Positions 40,216 to 49,869 are shown, counted from the first letter of the stretch. The stretch: DNA of 64,000 bases from Thermoproteota archaeon (GCA_027491395.1 JAOZFI010000006.1:81388-145387); one strand, 5' to 3'. Notes: generated from the sequence alone by a model not told the origin. Numbers and translations are program-made.

Positions 40216-41252
40216 ACACCCGAGCTCTCCACCTCAACAATCGACGGTCTATCTAACCCACCCTCCACTCTAAACTTAACCGGTAGGAATTTCTCCACCA
40301 GCCATATATTACTTTCAGCATGCAGGGTCAACCTTGAGATGCCTATTCTCGACCTTCCCGAGGCTATTGCCAAGTAGGGGATTATCATATCACCTGAATG
40401 ATTGTCAAAAGCCATCCCGGTATCTAACTCCTCCAGCAACTTGGTTGCAGCGTTCTTCCCGACTGCCTCACTCGGCTTACCCCTCTCTCCAAGATCGTCA
40501 GCGCCTATAACTGGCTTACTTTCGGTCCAGAGGACTATGCCGGCACCCGGACCGAGATGCCTGTCTTGAGACCAATCCTCCTCTATGAACACCTTGAACC
40601 CCTTGCCCTCCAATAACTCGCTCGCTGCCCTGATCATCCTCTTCGTGATATGATTAGGTAGCTTGACCGCGTGCGCTCTTCCTCTGATTAGAGAGATGTC
40701 ATCCCTCTTCACCCTACTGAGACCTGAGAGGTCCGATGGCCACACCCTCAGCTCCACCAGTCCGCCGCCCTTTGGATAGTGGCCCCTCCTGATCAGTCTA
40801 ATTTCTGCATGAGCTCCCATCATGGTGAGATTCGGGAGAAAGACCTCTCTCATATAGTCGATGGGAGGTGCCATGGGGACATCCGTTCCCCCCCTAATGA
40901 GGAACCTCACATCACTGTCAGATGTCAGGCAAGCTGGCAACAACGCTTGAATCACGAGAGTCACGCTTCCAGCTGTACCTATGTCTACCTCAAATGATCC
41001 CCCTCTCTTATTCTTGGGTACGAAGAGCACTCTAGTGGAACCCACCCTAGCTCCTTCCACGTGAGCTTCCGTTAGCTTAGCGAGGGCCATCACGGCATTG
41101 AGATGCTGCGGTCTGAGGCCTGGTTTCTTCCTCTTGGCCCTTATATTGTACACCTCAACAGGCTTGAGCGTGACGGCAGACAGGGATAAGGCGTATCTTA
41201 GTATGGATCCCCCACCTTCTCCGTAACTTCCATCTATCCTTATCAGCTCCAT
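40212..41252 (-). CDS. rtcA: RNA 3'-terminal phosphate cyclase
   Basis: IDGSYGEGGG, PGLRPQHL, GGTDV, RGHYPKGGG, TLHAESN. Confidence 0.95.
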   Translation of the reverse strand: MELIRIDGSYGEGGGSILRYALSLSAVTLKPVEVYNIRAKRKKPGLRPQHLNAVMALAKLTEAHVEGARVGSTRVLFVPKNKRGGSFEVDIGTAGSVTLVIQALLPACLTSDSDVRFLIRGGTDVPMAPPIDYMREVFLPNLTMMGAHAEIRLIRRGHYPKGGGLVELRVWPSDLSGLSRVKRDDISLIRGRAHAVKLPNHITKRMIRAASELLEGKGFKVFIEEDWSQDRHLGPGAGIVLWTESKPVIGADDLGERGKPSEAVGKNAATKLLEELDTGMAFDNHSGDMIIPYLAIASGRSRIGISRLTLHAESNIWLVEKFLPVKFRVEGGLDRPSIVEVESSGV

Positions 41253-41319
41253 ACAGATGGGAAGGCCCTGTGTTCCCCTTTAAATAGCATTCCCTAGTCC
41301 TTTAGATCGGTGAAAGGGG

Positions 41320-41961
41320 ATGGCGGGGACGAAGATTAAGTTCGTCATAGAGGAGGTGGACGGTAGATACGTGGGAATTGGAGTTGGTGGAAGGGAGCTC
41401 TACTGCAATACGATCCCCCTCCCCTCCAAAGAGGAGGCAGAGGCCGACCTGAGAGCTACCTGCTACTCGGCGTGGGGGGATTCATTGGATCTAGTGCCAG
41501 AGTATCACATACCCTCAGCTTACGGATTGGCCCTCCTTATAAGTAAGCTGTTCTCCGGCGAGAGTACAGATCTCTCCGGAATCAGACTGGCCCGCCATCC
41601 CCGGGACAAATTTTGGAACGCTATCTTGCTGATGAGCTCAATACCGAGGGGCATGGTAACAACCTACGGGGAGCTGGCGAGGGCCTTGGGCACGTCGCCG
41701 AGGGCCGCTGGAAACTATGCCTCTCGAAACCCGTTTCCGCTCATAGTTCCCTGCCACAGGGTGATAAGGAGCGACATGAGGATAGGGGGCTACAGCTACG
41801 GTCCCATACTTAAAGCATCACTGTTAATTGCAGAAGGTGTGAAGGTGGACTTCGACACAGGTAAGGTAGATCCCTCAAGGGTGATCAGATCCGAGGATTT
41901 ACTGTCCCTTAAGGAGGTGCAGGGAATTGTCAGTTACCACCAAACACGTCTTCGCATCTGA
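41320..41961 (+). CDS. ogt: Methylated-DNA--protein-cysteine methyltransferase
   Basis: IPRG..TYGELA, RAAG, NPFPLIVPCHRVI, GGY. Confidence 0.92.
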   Translation: MAGTKIKFVIEEVDGRYVGIGVGGRELYCNTIPLPSKEEAEADLRATCYSAWGDSLDLVPEYHIPSAYGLALLISKLFSGESTDLSGIRLARHPRDKFWNAILLMSSIPRGMVTTYGELARALGTSPRAAGNYASRNPFPLIVPCHRVIRSDMRIGGYSYGPILKASLLIAEGVKVDFDTGKVDPSRVIRSEDLLSLKEVQGIVSYHQTRLRI

Positions 41962-43210
41962 CTTCGGTACTTCATACTACAAGTTCGGGCCTTGGTGGCT
42001 CATGAAGACCGGTCCCGACATGGTAGAGAACAGGGGGTACTTTCCGAGGATATCGAAGCTCTCGGCCGAGGTCAGGGGCATAAAGTCTAGGGAAGTAGTG
42101 GTGGGTAACGAGGTAGCAGAGTACTTGGAGTCTAGAGCTGACCTATCTAGGCTATATTATCCCATGAGAAATGGCATAGTGGAGAGAGGGGATGAGAGGG
42201 GCTGGAAGGTTATAAAGGAGCTCGTGAGATACGGGCTTCTCAAATACCATCCCGGAAGAACGGATTCTACTGGAGTTCCCTTCCATGGCTTCTTCGTAGT
42301 CGCATCGCTAGCTGCCCAAGCACCCACCTACATGTACGAGAGGATGTTTGAGATCCATAGGGAGGTGAACGCCGAGGAAGGAGGTGGCCTCGTGAGGGCG
42401 GTCACTATAATACCACAGCCGCTAGCTGTTGCTATAGCGGAGAAGGCGGTAACATGCATCGTGGTTGAAGCTGGACATGGAAACACCCAGATAACGCCCA
42501 TAAGCAGGGACGTAATCAAGGCCGCCTTGATTCCCCTCAACAGGGGAGGAAGCGACTCGGACAGGATCGCGGCCCAGATACTGAAGGATCTCGGTTACTC
42601 CGACTTAGCTAGGGAGGAGAAATTCGTCCGTATATTCAAGGAATCAGTGGGCCTCCTTCCCTTAGACGTAGATAAAGCCGTATCCTGGGCGAAGGATCAT
42701 CCCAGCGCGTTGCAGTCGGTCTTCCGCATTCCCGGTACTACCGTGGAGGTGGACATGGGAGATAAAGCGTGGCAGAGGTTCCTCATCGGCGAGTTCTTCT
42801 TCAATCCCGGACACGAGATCTTCGAGAGCTACTACTCTAGGGGCTTTACTCCCCCCAAGGACACTCTAGTGGGAGGTGAAGTAATCCCAGGGGATGTGAG
42901 CCTCGCCGAAGCCCTGAGGGAAGCCATTTCCAAGACCCCTGTTGAACTACAATCGTCCATAGTTAGGCACGTTATACTATCGGGAGGGGCCTTCAACTGG
43001 CAAGTCCCCAAAGGATTGGAAGGGATAGCTACGGACTCGCCGACCAAGCTTAAGGTGATGATGAAATCCGTGGGTCTGGAAACCGGTCCCAAGATGGTCT
43101 CAGACCCTCAGTTCAGCGTGTGGAGAGGAGCCGTAGTCTACGGATTGGCAGTCGGGGAAGGAATAAAGTGGGACTGGGGAAAAATGGAGGGCTGGTTCTA
43201 CGTGGAATGA
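41927..43210 (+). CDS. Crenactin (archaeal actin homologue)
   Basis: Phosphate-1 SDFGTSYYKFG, YPMRNGIV, PQPLAVA, phosphate-2 VEAGHGNTQITPI, adenosine ILSGGAF, SVWRGA; GGAGGTG RBS before TTG. Confidence 0.92.
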   Translation: MSVTTKHVFASDFGTSYYKFGPWWLMKTGPDMVENRGYFPRISKLSAEVRGIKSREVVVGNEVAEYLESRADLSRLYYPMRNGIVERGDERGWKVIKELVRYGLLKYHPGRTDSTGVPFHGFFVVASLAAQAPTYMYERMFEIHREVNAEEGGGLVRAVTIIPQPLAVAIAEKAVTCIVVEAGHGNTQITPISRDVIKAALIPLNRGGSDSDRIAAQILKDLGYSDLAREEKFVRIFKESVGLLPLDVDKAVSWAKDHPSALQSVFRIPGTTVEVDMGDKAWQRFLIGEFFFNPGHEIFESYYSRGFTPPKDTLVGGEVIPGDVSLAEALREAISKTPVELQSSIVRHVILSGGAFNWQVPKGLEGIATDSPTKLKVMMKSVGLETGPKMVSDPQFSVWRGAVVYGLAVGEGIKWDWGKMEGWFYVE

Positions 43211-43923
43211 ACCATCTCTTGGAATTGGATGGCATTCTCGAAGCTAAAATAGGAGTTATTGAATAGTACGTAGTTCTCCCTCAAGGACCACTTCTCCACG
43301 ATCTCCCTAAGCTTCTCTAATTCCTCCTGACCGTACTTGTGAGAGTAAACAATCTTCTTTCCCTCCTTCCTCCCATGCAGTCTATAATACCGAATCTTAC
43401 CGTAAACAGGAACTTCGTACATGGGGTCTACAACATGGGAGATACCTAGGTCCTCCAGCAGATCCCTGAACTCCGGGCTCTTGAACCAACCAGCCTCTCT
43501 GACCTCCCATGTCAGCAGGAAATCCCCTGATATGGCTGAGAAGAACTCTCGCGCGTTGGTGAGATTGACCTCGTTGAATTCGAAGGAGGGCGGGCTTTGA
43601 AAAACTACAATATTAGCTCCGAGCTCCTTCACTAGAGTCCTGAATTCCTCCCAAAGGTCGAAGTTCTCCTTGGTGGGCTTTAGCGACCCGTAAGAGTCTT
43701 CCTTAGGAAGGCCCGTCTTATCCCATATCCTGCTCTTGGGATCGTGGGTGAAGGCCATCCAGGCCTTTACGGTGAATTCAAAGTCTTTAGGGGATTCTCC
43801 ACGCCATTTTCTTAAAGTTTCAACCTTTGGAGGTTTATAAAATGTCTTTTGGATCTCCACCAACCTGAGTTTCTCGTAGTACTTCTTCCTAGAGACCTGA
43901 AACCCGCAGCAACCCACCTTCAC
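43198..43923 (-). CDS. DUF72 (YecE-like) TIM-barrel protein
   Basis: VGCCGF, VEIQKTFY, FEFTVKA, FQSPPSF, WEVR, YYRLHG, YVLFNN. Confidence 0.9.
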   Translation of the reverse strand: MKVGCCGFQVSRKKYYEKLRLVEIQKTFYKPPKVETLRKWRGESPKDFEFTVKAWMAFTHDPKSRIWDKTGLPKEDSYGSLKPTKENFDLWEEFRTLVKELGANIVVFQSPPSFEFNEVNLTNAREFFSAISGDFLLTWEVREAGWFKSPEFRDLLEDLGISHVVDPMYEVPVYGKIRYYRLHGRKEGKKIVYSHKYGQEELEKLREIVEKWSLRENYVLFNNSYFSFENAIQFQEMVHST

Positions 43924-45005
43924 GGTAACAGATATCCCCATTTCTCCACTATCGCCTCCACATCCCTATCCCTTCTAATTACTGATAAGAGGTTTTCACC
44001 CCTCATGAAAGAGTCTAGCACCTCCCTCATGGATCTAACTCCAGCTAAGATCCCTCTGGGGTGATCATATATTCCTAGATCCCCGTTGAGGATCACCTGC
44101 AGGTCCTCAGGTACGTTAGCGATGGCTATTCCCTGATGGACTTGGGGAGCAGTCAACGGCATCGCGGCGTCCTTCCCACCTCCTATGATTTCGTCTAGCT
44201 CCATAACGATTCCCAAATCTTCCCGCTTCCACGCCACGGGTCTCTCAATCAGATCAAAGCCACTAACCCTTAGGAGCTCGTAAGTGGCTTTAATTCCCAG
44301 ACCTACCTCTCTAATGAGGCAGTTCACCCCCCTCGCTGCTAAAAATATGTCATCTAGGAACTCGATCGCAAGCTCAAGCCTGCCTAAATCCCAGCACAGA
44401 TGAACGTAAAATCCCCTCATCCCCAAGGAGATGGCGCGCTCTAGGTCTTCCGAAGATGTAGGAAGTCTCATGAAGTACAACACCCGCCTTCCTTTCTCCT
44501 CTTTTATTCTATCGGTGATTTCGACTATTTGATGAGCCCTATCTAGGTAGGGAGAAGCCTCCTTGTCCATTAAATTGAGAGGATCGAAGCCCACGTGAAG
44601 ACCAGCTTTACACATCTCCCTAAATAATCTCGCATGCGAGAGAGGATGCAAAACAATATTTTTTCCTACTGAGGCCGCCACACCAGGTCCTCTCAGCCCC
44701 AAATACTTCTTCAGTCCAGATTTACCGGGAATAGGGGGTCTCACTCTGTCGAGAGGAAATTCAACGCTCTTCACCTCACAGATCAGGGGGAGATGCTCCA
44801 ATAGCGATCCCACCGCATAGTATACGGATGGAAGGAGGAGATCCCCGCCCACCAATTCCTCGGGTAGCTCGATGATGTATCGGTACTTCCCTACCTCCTC
44901 CAGCTTTACCCTCGCCTCTACCTCTCCTTCTAAGTCTGTTGGTACAGACGTCTCTTCCAAGGACTTTTTACACTTGAGTTCCAAGATCAAGACCTTTTCA
45001 CCCAC
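43920..45005 (-). CDS. Highly divergent RuBisCO large-subunit-like protein lacking catalytic residues
   Basis: Colinear with form III RuBisCO (P..GKSGLKKYLG; SPYLDRA..DRIKEEKG..LY; GIYDHPRG..AG..MR; EKWG end), but KDDE reads FDPL. Confidence 0.75.
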   Translation of the reverse strand: MGEKVLILELKCKKSLEETSVPTDLEGEVEARVKLEEVGKYRYIIELPEELVGGDLLLPSVYYAVGSLLEHLPLICEVKSVEFPLDRVRPPIPGKSGLKKYLGLRGPGVAASVGKNIVLHPLSHARLFREMCKAGLHVGFDPLNLMDKEASPYLDRAHQIVEITDRIKEEKGRRVLYFMRLPTSSEDLERAISLGMRGFYVHLCWDLGRLELAIEFLDDIFLAARGVNCLIREVGLGIKATYELLRVSGFDLIERPVAWKREDLGIVMELDEIIGGGKDAAMPLTAPQVHQGIAIANVPEDLQVILNGDLGIYDHPRGILAGVRSMREVLDSFMRGENLLSVIRRDRDVEAIVEKWGYLLP

Positions 45006-45057
45006 ATTCGGTCATTACCCGGGGTTCCCTTAAATGATTCCGGTGTAGGTATGTCCG

Positions 45058-46293
45058 ATGCCGGAAGAGGTGGAAGTGCCGAGGGGTAAGGGAGTGTTAG
45101 TGAGGTCACCAGCCTATATTAAACCTCTAAGCGGCAACATTGAAGTTTGGGGTGCCGAGTTCGATGAGATATCGGTTCAGATGGACGGTGTAGAGCTACT
45201 AATCACATCCTCAATCGATTCGAAAGTGGCTATAGATGGACACTACGTGAAGTTAGAGAACCCCATCCCGGACTGGTGGGAAGAGCTTCCTGAAACCGTA
45301 GCAGGCAAAAATACCATGTTCATAGGAAGAGTAGACTCCGGCAAGAGTTCCACGGTAGTTTTTACGATCAACAGGATAGTAGGGAGCGGTAGCGCAGTCT
45401 CCATAATCGATTCAGACGTTGGCCAGTCTGATCTGGGACCACCTGGGGTGATCTCCAGCAAGGATGTGGGAAAGCCCGTCATCCACACCAAGTTACTGGA
45501 ACCTGACTTCATGTACTTCATCGGCGACAAGACACCAAGCGGTCATTTCCTCCCGATGGTGAAGGGACTTCTAGAAGCTTTGAATAGATCTAGGAGCGAT
45601 ACAGTTCTAATAAACACCACGGGTTTCGTGGATGGAGGGGCAGCTAGGGCTCTAAAGAGGTTCAAAGTCGAGTTCTTAGATCCAGATATCGTAGTGCTGA
45701 TAGAGAAGGAAGAAGGGGACTTGAATCACATTGCTAAGACAATTCCCAAAGATGTAAAGGTTCTAAAGGTTAGATCACCAGTAGGAGATCTGGCCAAAAG
45801 CAGGAATTACAGGATCGCCGTAAGGAGGGCTCTACTCAGGAGATACCTATCTGGCGCCGCTACGAGAAAGTTTGACCTCCGGGAGATTGAGCTGATGAAT
45901 ACATTCCTCATGACCGGCAAGGCGAAGGACGAGTACATCCCATTTTTGGAGCGCATCTTAGGAGCGAGAGTTCATTGGATGGAGGAGTCCCCCGACATGC
46001 TCATAGCGATCACGGAAAGCGAAGTAGATAGGAGGAAAATTGCGATGCTCTCAGGGCTCTTGAACAAGGAGGTGAGAATAGGCCCAATGATTGTATACAA
46101 GGGACTTTACGTGGGCCTTATCCGAGGGAGGGGGTGCAAGGGCGTCGGCATAATACAATCAATGGACATTAGGGAGGGTTGGATGAGCGTCTTAACCAAG
46201 TATGAGGGACCACTAGATGGAATTGCACTGGGATACATCAGGTTTAATGCTGAGGGCGAGGAACTCGGCTCAAGGGGGATGAACGTTCCATGA
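45058..46293 (+). CDS. Clp1/Grc3/Nol9-family polynucleotide 5'-kinase
   Basis: GRVDSGKSS, DSDVGQSDLGPPG, INTTGFV, R..R..VR lid. Confidence 0.88.
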   Translation: MPEEVEVPRGKGVLVRSPAYIKPLSGNIEVWGAEFDEISVQMDGVELLITSSIDSKVAIDGHYVKLENPIPDWWEELPETVAGKNTMFIGRVDSGKSSTVVFTINRIVGSGSAVSIIDSDVGQSDLGPPGVISSKDVGKPVIHTKLLEPDFMYFIGDKTPSGHFLPMVKGLLEALNRSRSDTVLINTTGFVDGGAARALKRFKVEFLDPDIVVLIEKEEGDLNHIAKTIPKDVKVLKVRSPVGDLAKSRNYRIAVRRALLRRYLSGAATRKFDLREIELMNTFLMTGKAKDEYIPFLERILGARVHWMEESPDMLIAITESEVDRRKIAMLSGLLNKEVRIGPMIVYKGLYVGLIRGRGCKGVGIIQSMDIREGWMSVLTKYEGPLDGIALGYIRFNAEGEELGSRGMNVP

Positions 46294-47675
46294 GCTCCTC
46301 CTACATAAAAAATCTCGATGAGCTTGTTGATAACGGGGCAACTAGGAAGGACAAGGACGCTAGAAGGGCCCTGTTGCTGGCTTTTGATAAGGCGATAACG
46401 GCAGCTGACGCTTACAAAGCGGTATTTTCCAGATTCTCGGATCAGGAGATAGTGTTCGGTACCTCATCCATCGACATAGGATCTTTTAAGGATGTATACG
46501 TGGTGGGAGCGGGAAAAGCTGGGAGCATGATGGCTAAAGCCGTGGAGGACAGAATTGGGAAACGCATATCATTTGGTTGGGTAAATGTCCCTGCTAAGAC
46601 TGAGAAGACCGTTTCCCTCTCGAAGATCAGGTTGAATCCCGCTGGTCATCCCATCCCAGATGATGGTAGCCTGAAAGGAGCGAAAGAGATCTTAGATATA
46701 GCTAGAAAGGCTGGGGAGAGGGACCTAGTTCTCTCCCTGATATCTGGCGGCGGTTCGGCTCTAATGGAGTATCCCGTGGAAGGTATCTCTCTGAATGACC
46801 TCCGGGAGATGAACAGGTTGCTCGTACTTTCTGGGGCAGATATCAGGGAAATAAACGCAGTTAGGAAGCATGTATCTCAGATAAAGGGTGGTAGGCTCGC
46901 TAAGGCCGCATATCCAGCTACCGTCGTATCGTTGATAATATCTGACGTTATAGGGGATCCTCTGGATGTCATAGCCTCCGGTCCAACTGCGCCTGATGAG
47001 ACGACTTTTGAGGACGCTTGGCAAGTGCTCGAAAACTATTCGCTTATCGACAGGATGCCAGAATCTGTGATAGAGGTGTTGAAGCGAGGGTTAAAGGGCG
47101 AGATACCTGAGACCCCCAAGCCGGGCGACGAGGTATTCGATAAGGTCGTGAATCTGATAGTGGCCAATAATCTGAAGGCCGTCCAGGCAGCTGAGAGGGC
47201 GCTGGTTGAGATGGGCTACAACGTCCTAGTACTCGGCTCTAGGGCACAAGGAGAGGCTAGGCACATAGGTAAGTTCCTAGCAGGGCTCGCAGTCTCCATA
47301 GTAAAGGAAGGACTGCCTCTCTCCCCACCTGCAGCCGTCATCTTGGGTGGGGAGACTACCGTGAAGGTGACGGGGCAGGGAATTGGAGGTAGGAATCAGG
47401 AACTAGTTTTAGGAGGAGTTAGAACTATATCGGGCCTCGAGGGGGTCGTGCTGGGATCCGTGGGTACCGATGGAGTAGATGGAGTGTCTGATGCGGCGGG
47501 AGCGATAGCTGACGGCCAGACTCTGGGGAGGGCACTATCGGAGGGGCTAAGACCTGAAGTCTTCCTGAAAAATAACGACTCCCACACGTTCTTCTCATGG
47601 CTAGGCGATGCCATCTTCACGGGACCAACCATGACGAATGTGATGGATGTCATGGGGCTGGTGGTTCAGGAGTGA
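46290..47675 (+). CDS. gck: Glycerate 2-kinase (MOFRL family)
   Basis: VGAGKA, GHPIPD, LISGGGSAL, RKHVSQIKGG, GGETTV, GGRNQE, GTDGVDG, GPTMTNV. Confidence 0.93.
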   Translation: MSSSYIKNLDELVDNGATRKDKDARRALLLAFDKAITAADAYKAVFSRFSDQEIVFGTSSIDIGSFKDVYVVGAGKAGSMMAKAVEDRIGKRISFGWVNVPAKTEKTVSLSKIRLNPAGHPIPDDGSLKGAKEILDIARKAGERDLVLSLISGGGSALMEYPVEGISLNDLREMNRLLVLSGADIREINAVRKHVSQIKGGRLAKAAYPATVVSLIISDVIGDPLDVIASGPTAPDETTFEDAWQVLENYSLIDRMPESVIEVLKRGLKGEIPETPKPGDEVFDKVVNLIVANNLKAVQAAERALVEMGYNVLVLGSRAQGEARHIGKFLAGLAVSIVKEGLPLSPPAAVILGGETTVKVTGQGIGGRNQELVLGGVRTISGLEGVVLGSVGTDGVDGVSDAAGAIADGQTLGRALSEGLRPEVFLKNNDSHTFFSWLGDAIFTGPTMTNVMDVMGLVVQE

Positions 47676-47738
47676 AGCCTTCAACAATGATTTTTAAGTG
47701 GGGAAATCCCACCTACCTAGCGAATCCGTGGGGATAAC

Positions 47739-48047
47739 ATGCCGAGAAGGAACCCGAAAGGAAACGACTCCTCCCGAGGTTGGAAGGGGAGGTTAGGCAG
47801 GAAGGCTAAGGGAAGCTTGTACGTGACCAGATTCGATAAGCCAGAGGAGAAATCCTCCTCTCTGAAGCCAGGAGACTTAATAGAAGTGCTGGTACAGTCC
47901 GTCAACAGGAGGGGTGAAGGAGAAGGGGTCTACAGGGGAAGACCTGTGGTGATAGTTGGCGCTGCAGATCCAGGAATCACCGTAATAGCTAGGATAAGGA
48001 AGATCTCCGGTGGTAAGATAATAGCTGAGATGGTAGAAGTCCACTAG
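47739..48047 (+). CDS. Single TRAM-domain protein with basic N-terminal tail
   Basis: LKPGDLIEVLV..RRGEGEG..VIVGAADPG..V..RI pattern. Confidence 0.75.
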   Translation: MPRRNPKGNDSSRGWKGRLGRKAKGSLYVTRFDKPEEKSSSLKPGDLIEVLVQSVNRRGEGEGVYRGRPVVIVGAADPGITVIARIRKISGGKIIAEMVEVH

Positions 48048-48782
48048 ATGAACAGCGGAGACAAAACGATATCTAGTCTGGAGAGGCTTCTAAGAGAGCT
48101 GGGTCTCTCCTCGTATGAATCCAAGGCATTGGCCTACCTAGTCGTCTCGAGGGAACAGATCAAGGCGAGCGACCTGAGTAAGGCTACAGGAATACCCAGA
48201 ACTAAGGTATATGCGGTCTTGGAATCCCTGGAGGATCTGGGTTTAGTAAAAGTGACCCCTACTAGGCCGTTGAAGGCTTCATCCCCTCCTCTCGAGCTTT
48301 TACCCACCCTCCTCTTCGAGATAGTGTTAGAGGAAGCACTTCGAAAGATCTCCCTACTCAATAAGATGTTCAATGTGGAGTTCAGCGAGGGCCTCTGGAT
48401 CCTCGGCGAAATCAACCTGCCGGTGGGAGGTAGAGATACCTTAAGGAGGGTATCTAACATACTACTGAGAGATTCCAAGGACTTCCTAATTTTGGTAACC
48501 AATGAGAAATCTGTGGAACTTGTCCCCCATGGTTTGAGGTGCAGGAACATCAGTCTAGTCGTGGACAGTCCAGACACCTACGAGAAACTGAGAAGCAAGG
48601 GTCTTAAGACGAGAAACATAAGAATAGCAAACCCAGAACTTTTCGCGTTTGCCACCGAGAAATCTGGACTCATATCCAATGAAAATACAACAAACGGATT
48701 TATTTCAACAGATCCAAGGATAGTAAAGGCTCTTACGGTCCTGTTGAGGGCGCTATACTTGGCCTCACCTGTCTTTAAATAA
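48048..48782 (+). CDS. TrmB-family transcriptional regulator
   Basis: LGLSSYESKA, ASDLSKATGIPRTKVYAVLESL..GLV wHTH. Confidence 0.88.
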   Translation: MNSGDKTISSLERLLRELGLSSYESKALAYLVVSREQIKASDLSKATGIPRTKVYAVLESLEDLGLVKVTPTRPLKASSPPLELLPTLLFEIVLEEALRKISLLNKMFNVEFSEGLWILGEINLPVGGRDTLRRVSNILLRDSKDFLILVTNEKSVELVPHGLRCRNISLVVDSPDTYEKLRSKGLKTRNIRIANPELFAFATEKSGLISNENTTNGFISTDPRIVKALTVLLRALYLASPVFK

Positions 48783-48805
48783 GGGTTAAATCCCAACTTG
48801 TCAAC

Positions 48806-49198
48806 GTGTGGGGGGATGGGATGGACCCCGAGGAGAAGGAGGGTTGCGATTGGGAGCTCGAATTGCTGCAGCTAAACTCCTTACTCGACCTCCTGAGGTT
48901 AGCGGCGGCATCCAACTCCATTACAGTTCTTCTAGAGTTCAGGAGCGAGACTCTTGGTAAGAGAGTTATAGGCACCTTCGCAAACAACTACGGAACTACA
49001 AAACCAGACATATTCTCCTATGTCCTCTACGAAGAAGAGAATAAAGGGAGTTTCCTAGTATACAAAGCTGATGAGACGGGAGAGCAGTACAATTTCTCGA
49101 ACGGAATTTCCTCGGCTGGTAGTATGGCCTTTCCCTTGGTGAAGCTCGTAAAGGAACCTAAGTGGTTCTCAGAGAGGTTCTCAAATGAGCAGAAGTAG
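48806..49198 (+). CDS. Hypothetical protein
   Basis: ~125-130-aa ORF in the gene string; overlaps the next ORF; true start may be ATG 48821. Confidence 0.65.
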   Translation: MWGDGMDPEEKEGCDWELELLQLNSLLDLLRLAAASNSITVLLEFRSETLGKRVIGTFANNYGTTKPDIFSYVLYEEENKGSFLVYKADETGEQYNFSNGISSAGSMAFPLVKLVKEPKWFSERFSNEQK

Positions 49199-49550
49199 AC
49201 CTCTCGCCGCAGCACTTGTTTCCTTGGGCTTGATATCAATAATCGCTGTCTCCCTCTCATACATCTCGATCTCCTCGTTCAGGACTGATGCCATTGGAAG
49301 CCTCACCTGCAGCGGTGAGGAGGCAATTTTAGAGGTGGTGAACGGGGGTGTAAGGGTCAAGGTTTACTACGTGAGCGTGGTACGGGGAGACCGTGTGGTT
49401 GAGCTTAGACGAGTGGACACAGTTCTAGGTCAGGGCGAAACCTTGGATCTCCGACTAGAACTTCCCAAGGGTTCTAAAGTGTCTGTTCTGCTAGATAGGG
49501 GAGTCATTTCCAGCCTATCGTGTGGAGAAAGGAGGCGATCCCAGCCGTGA
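49185..49550 (+). CDS. Small N-terminally anchored protein (possibly pilin-like)
   Basis: Basic N-terminus, hydrophobic helix, beta-rich C-domain with two Cys. Confidence 0.6.
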   Translation: MSRSRPLAAALVSLGLISIIAVSLSYISISSFRTDAIGSLTCSGEEAILEVVNGGVRVKVYYVSVVRGDRVVELRRVDTVLGQGETLDLRLELPKGSKVSVLLDRGVISSLSCGERRRSQP

Positions 49551-49582
49551 AATAGTTTTATTCGATGAGCTTCCTGATAAAT

Positions 49583-49656
49583 GGGGCCGTGGTCTAGCTT
49601 GGTAGGATGCCGGCCTTGGGAGCCGGAGGTCCCGGGTTCAAATCCCGGCGGCCCCA
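49583..49656 (+). tRNA. tRNA-Pro(UGG), CCA not encoded
   Basis: GGGGCCG..CGGCCCC acceptor stem; CCGGC-CTTGGGA-GCCGG anticodon arm; GTTCAAATC. Confidence 0.96.
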
Positions 49657-49668
49657 TTTACGGGGATT

Positions 49669-49869
49669 ATGATGATGGTGAAGATTTTCACCAAGAGAGG
49701 CCTGCTCAAGTTCCTGTCGTCCTACCTAGAGGATACCGCTTACTCAGTTGATATAAGGAAGGATAGCATCTCGATTCGTCGAATCTCGCCAGTGACTAGA
49801 GGAACTCTGGGAATGAAGCTAGACGATGAGACAGTTAATTACCTTATCTCTAGGGGGGCAACCCTTTGA
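49669..49869 (+). CDS. Putative antitoxin (AbrB/VapB-like)
   Basis: 66 aa; TTGA overlap with the PIN gene; weak AbrB-like beta pattern. Confidence 0.55.
   Translation: MMMVKIFTKRGLLKFLSSYLEDTAYSVDIRKDSISIRRISPVTRGTLGMKLDDETVNYLISRGATL

Noticed and set aside
43920-45005. Functional RuBisCO or methionine-salvage enolase (MtnW)
   Set aside because: Carbamylated Lys/Mg-binding motif and phosphate-binding glycine loops are absent
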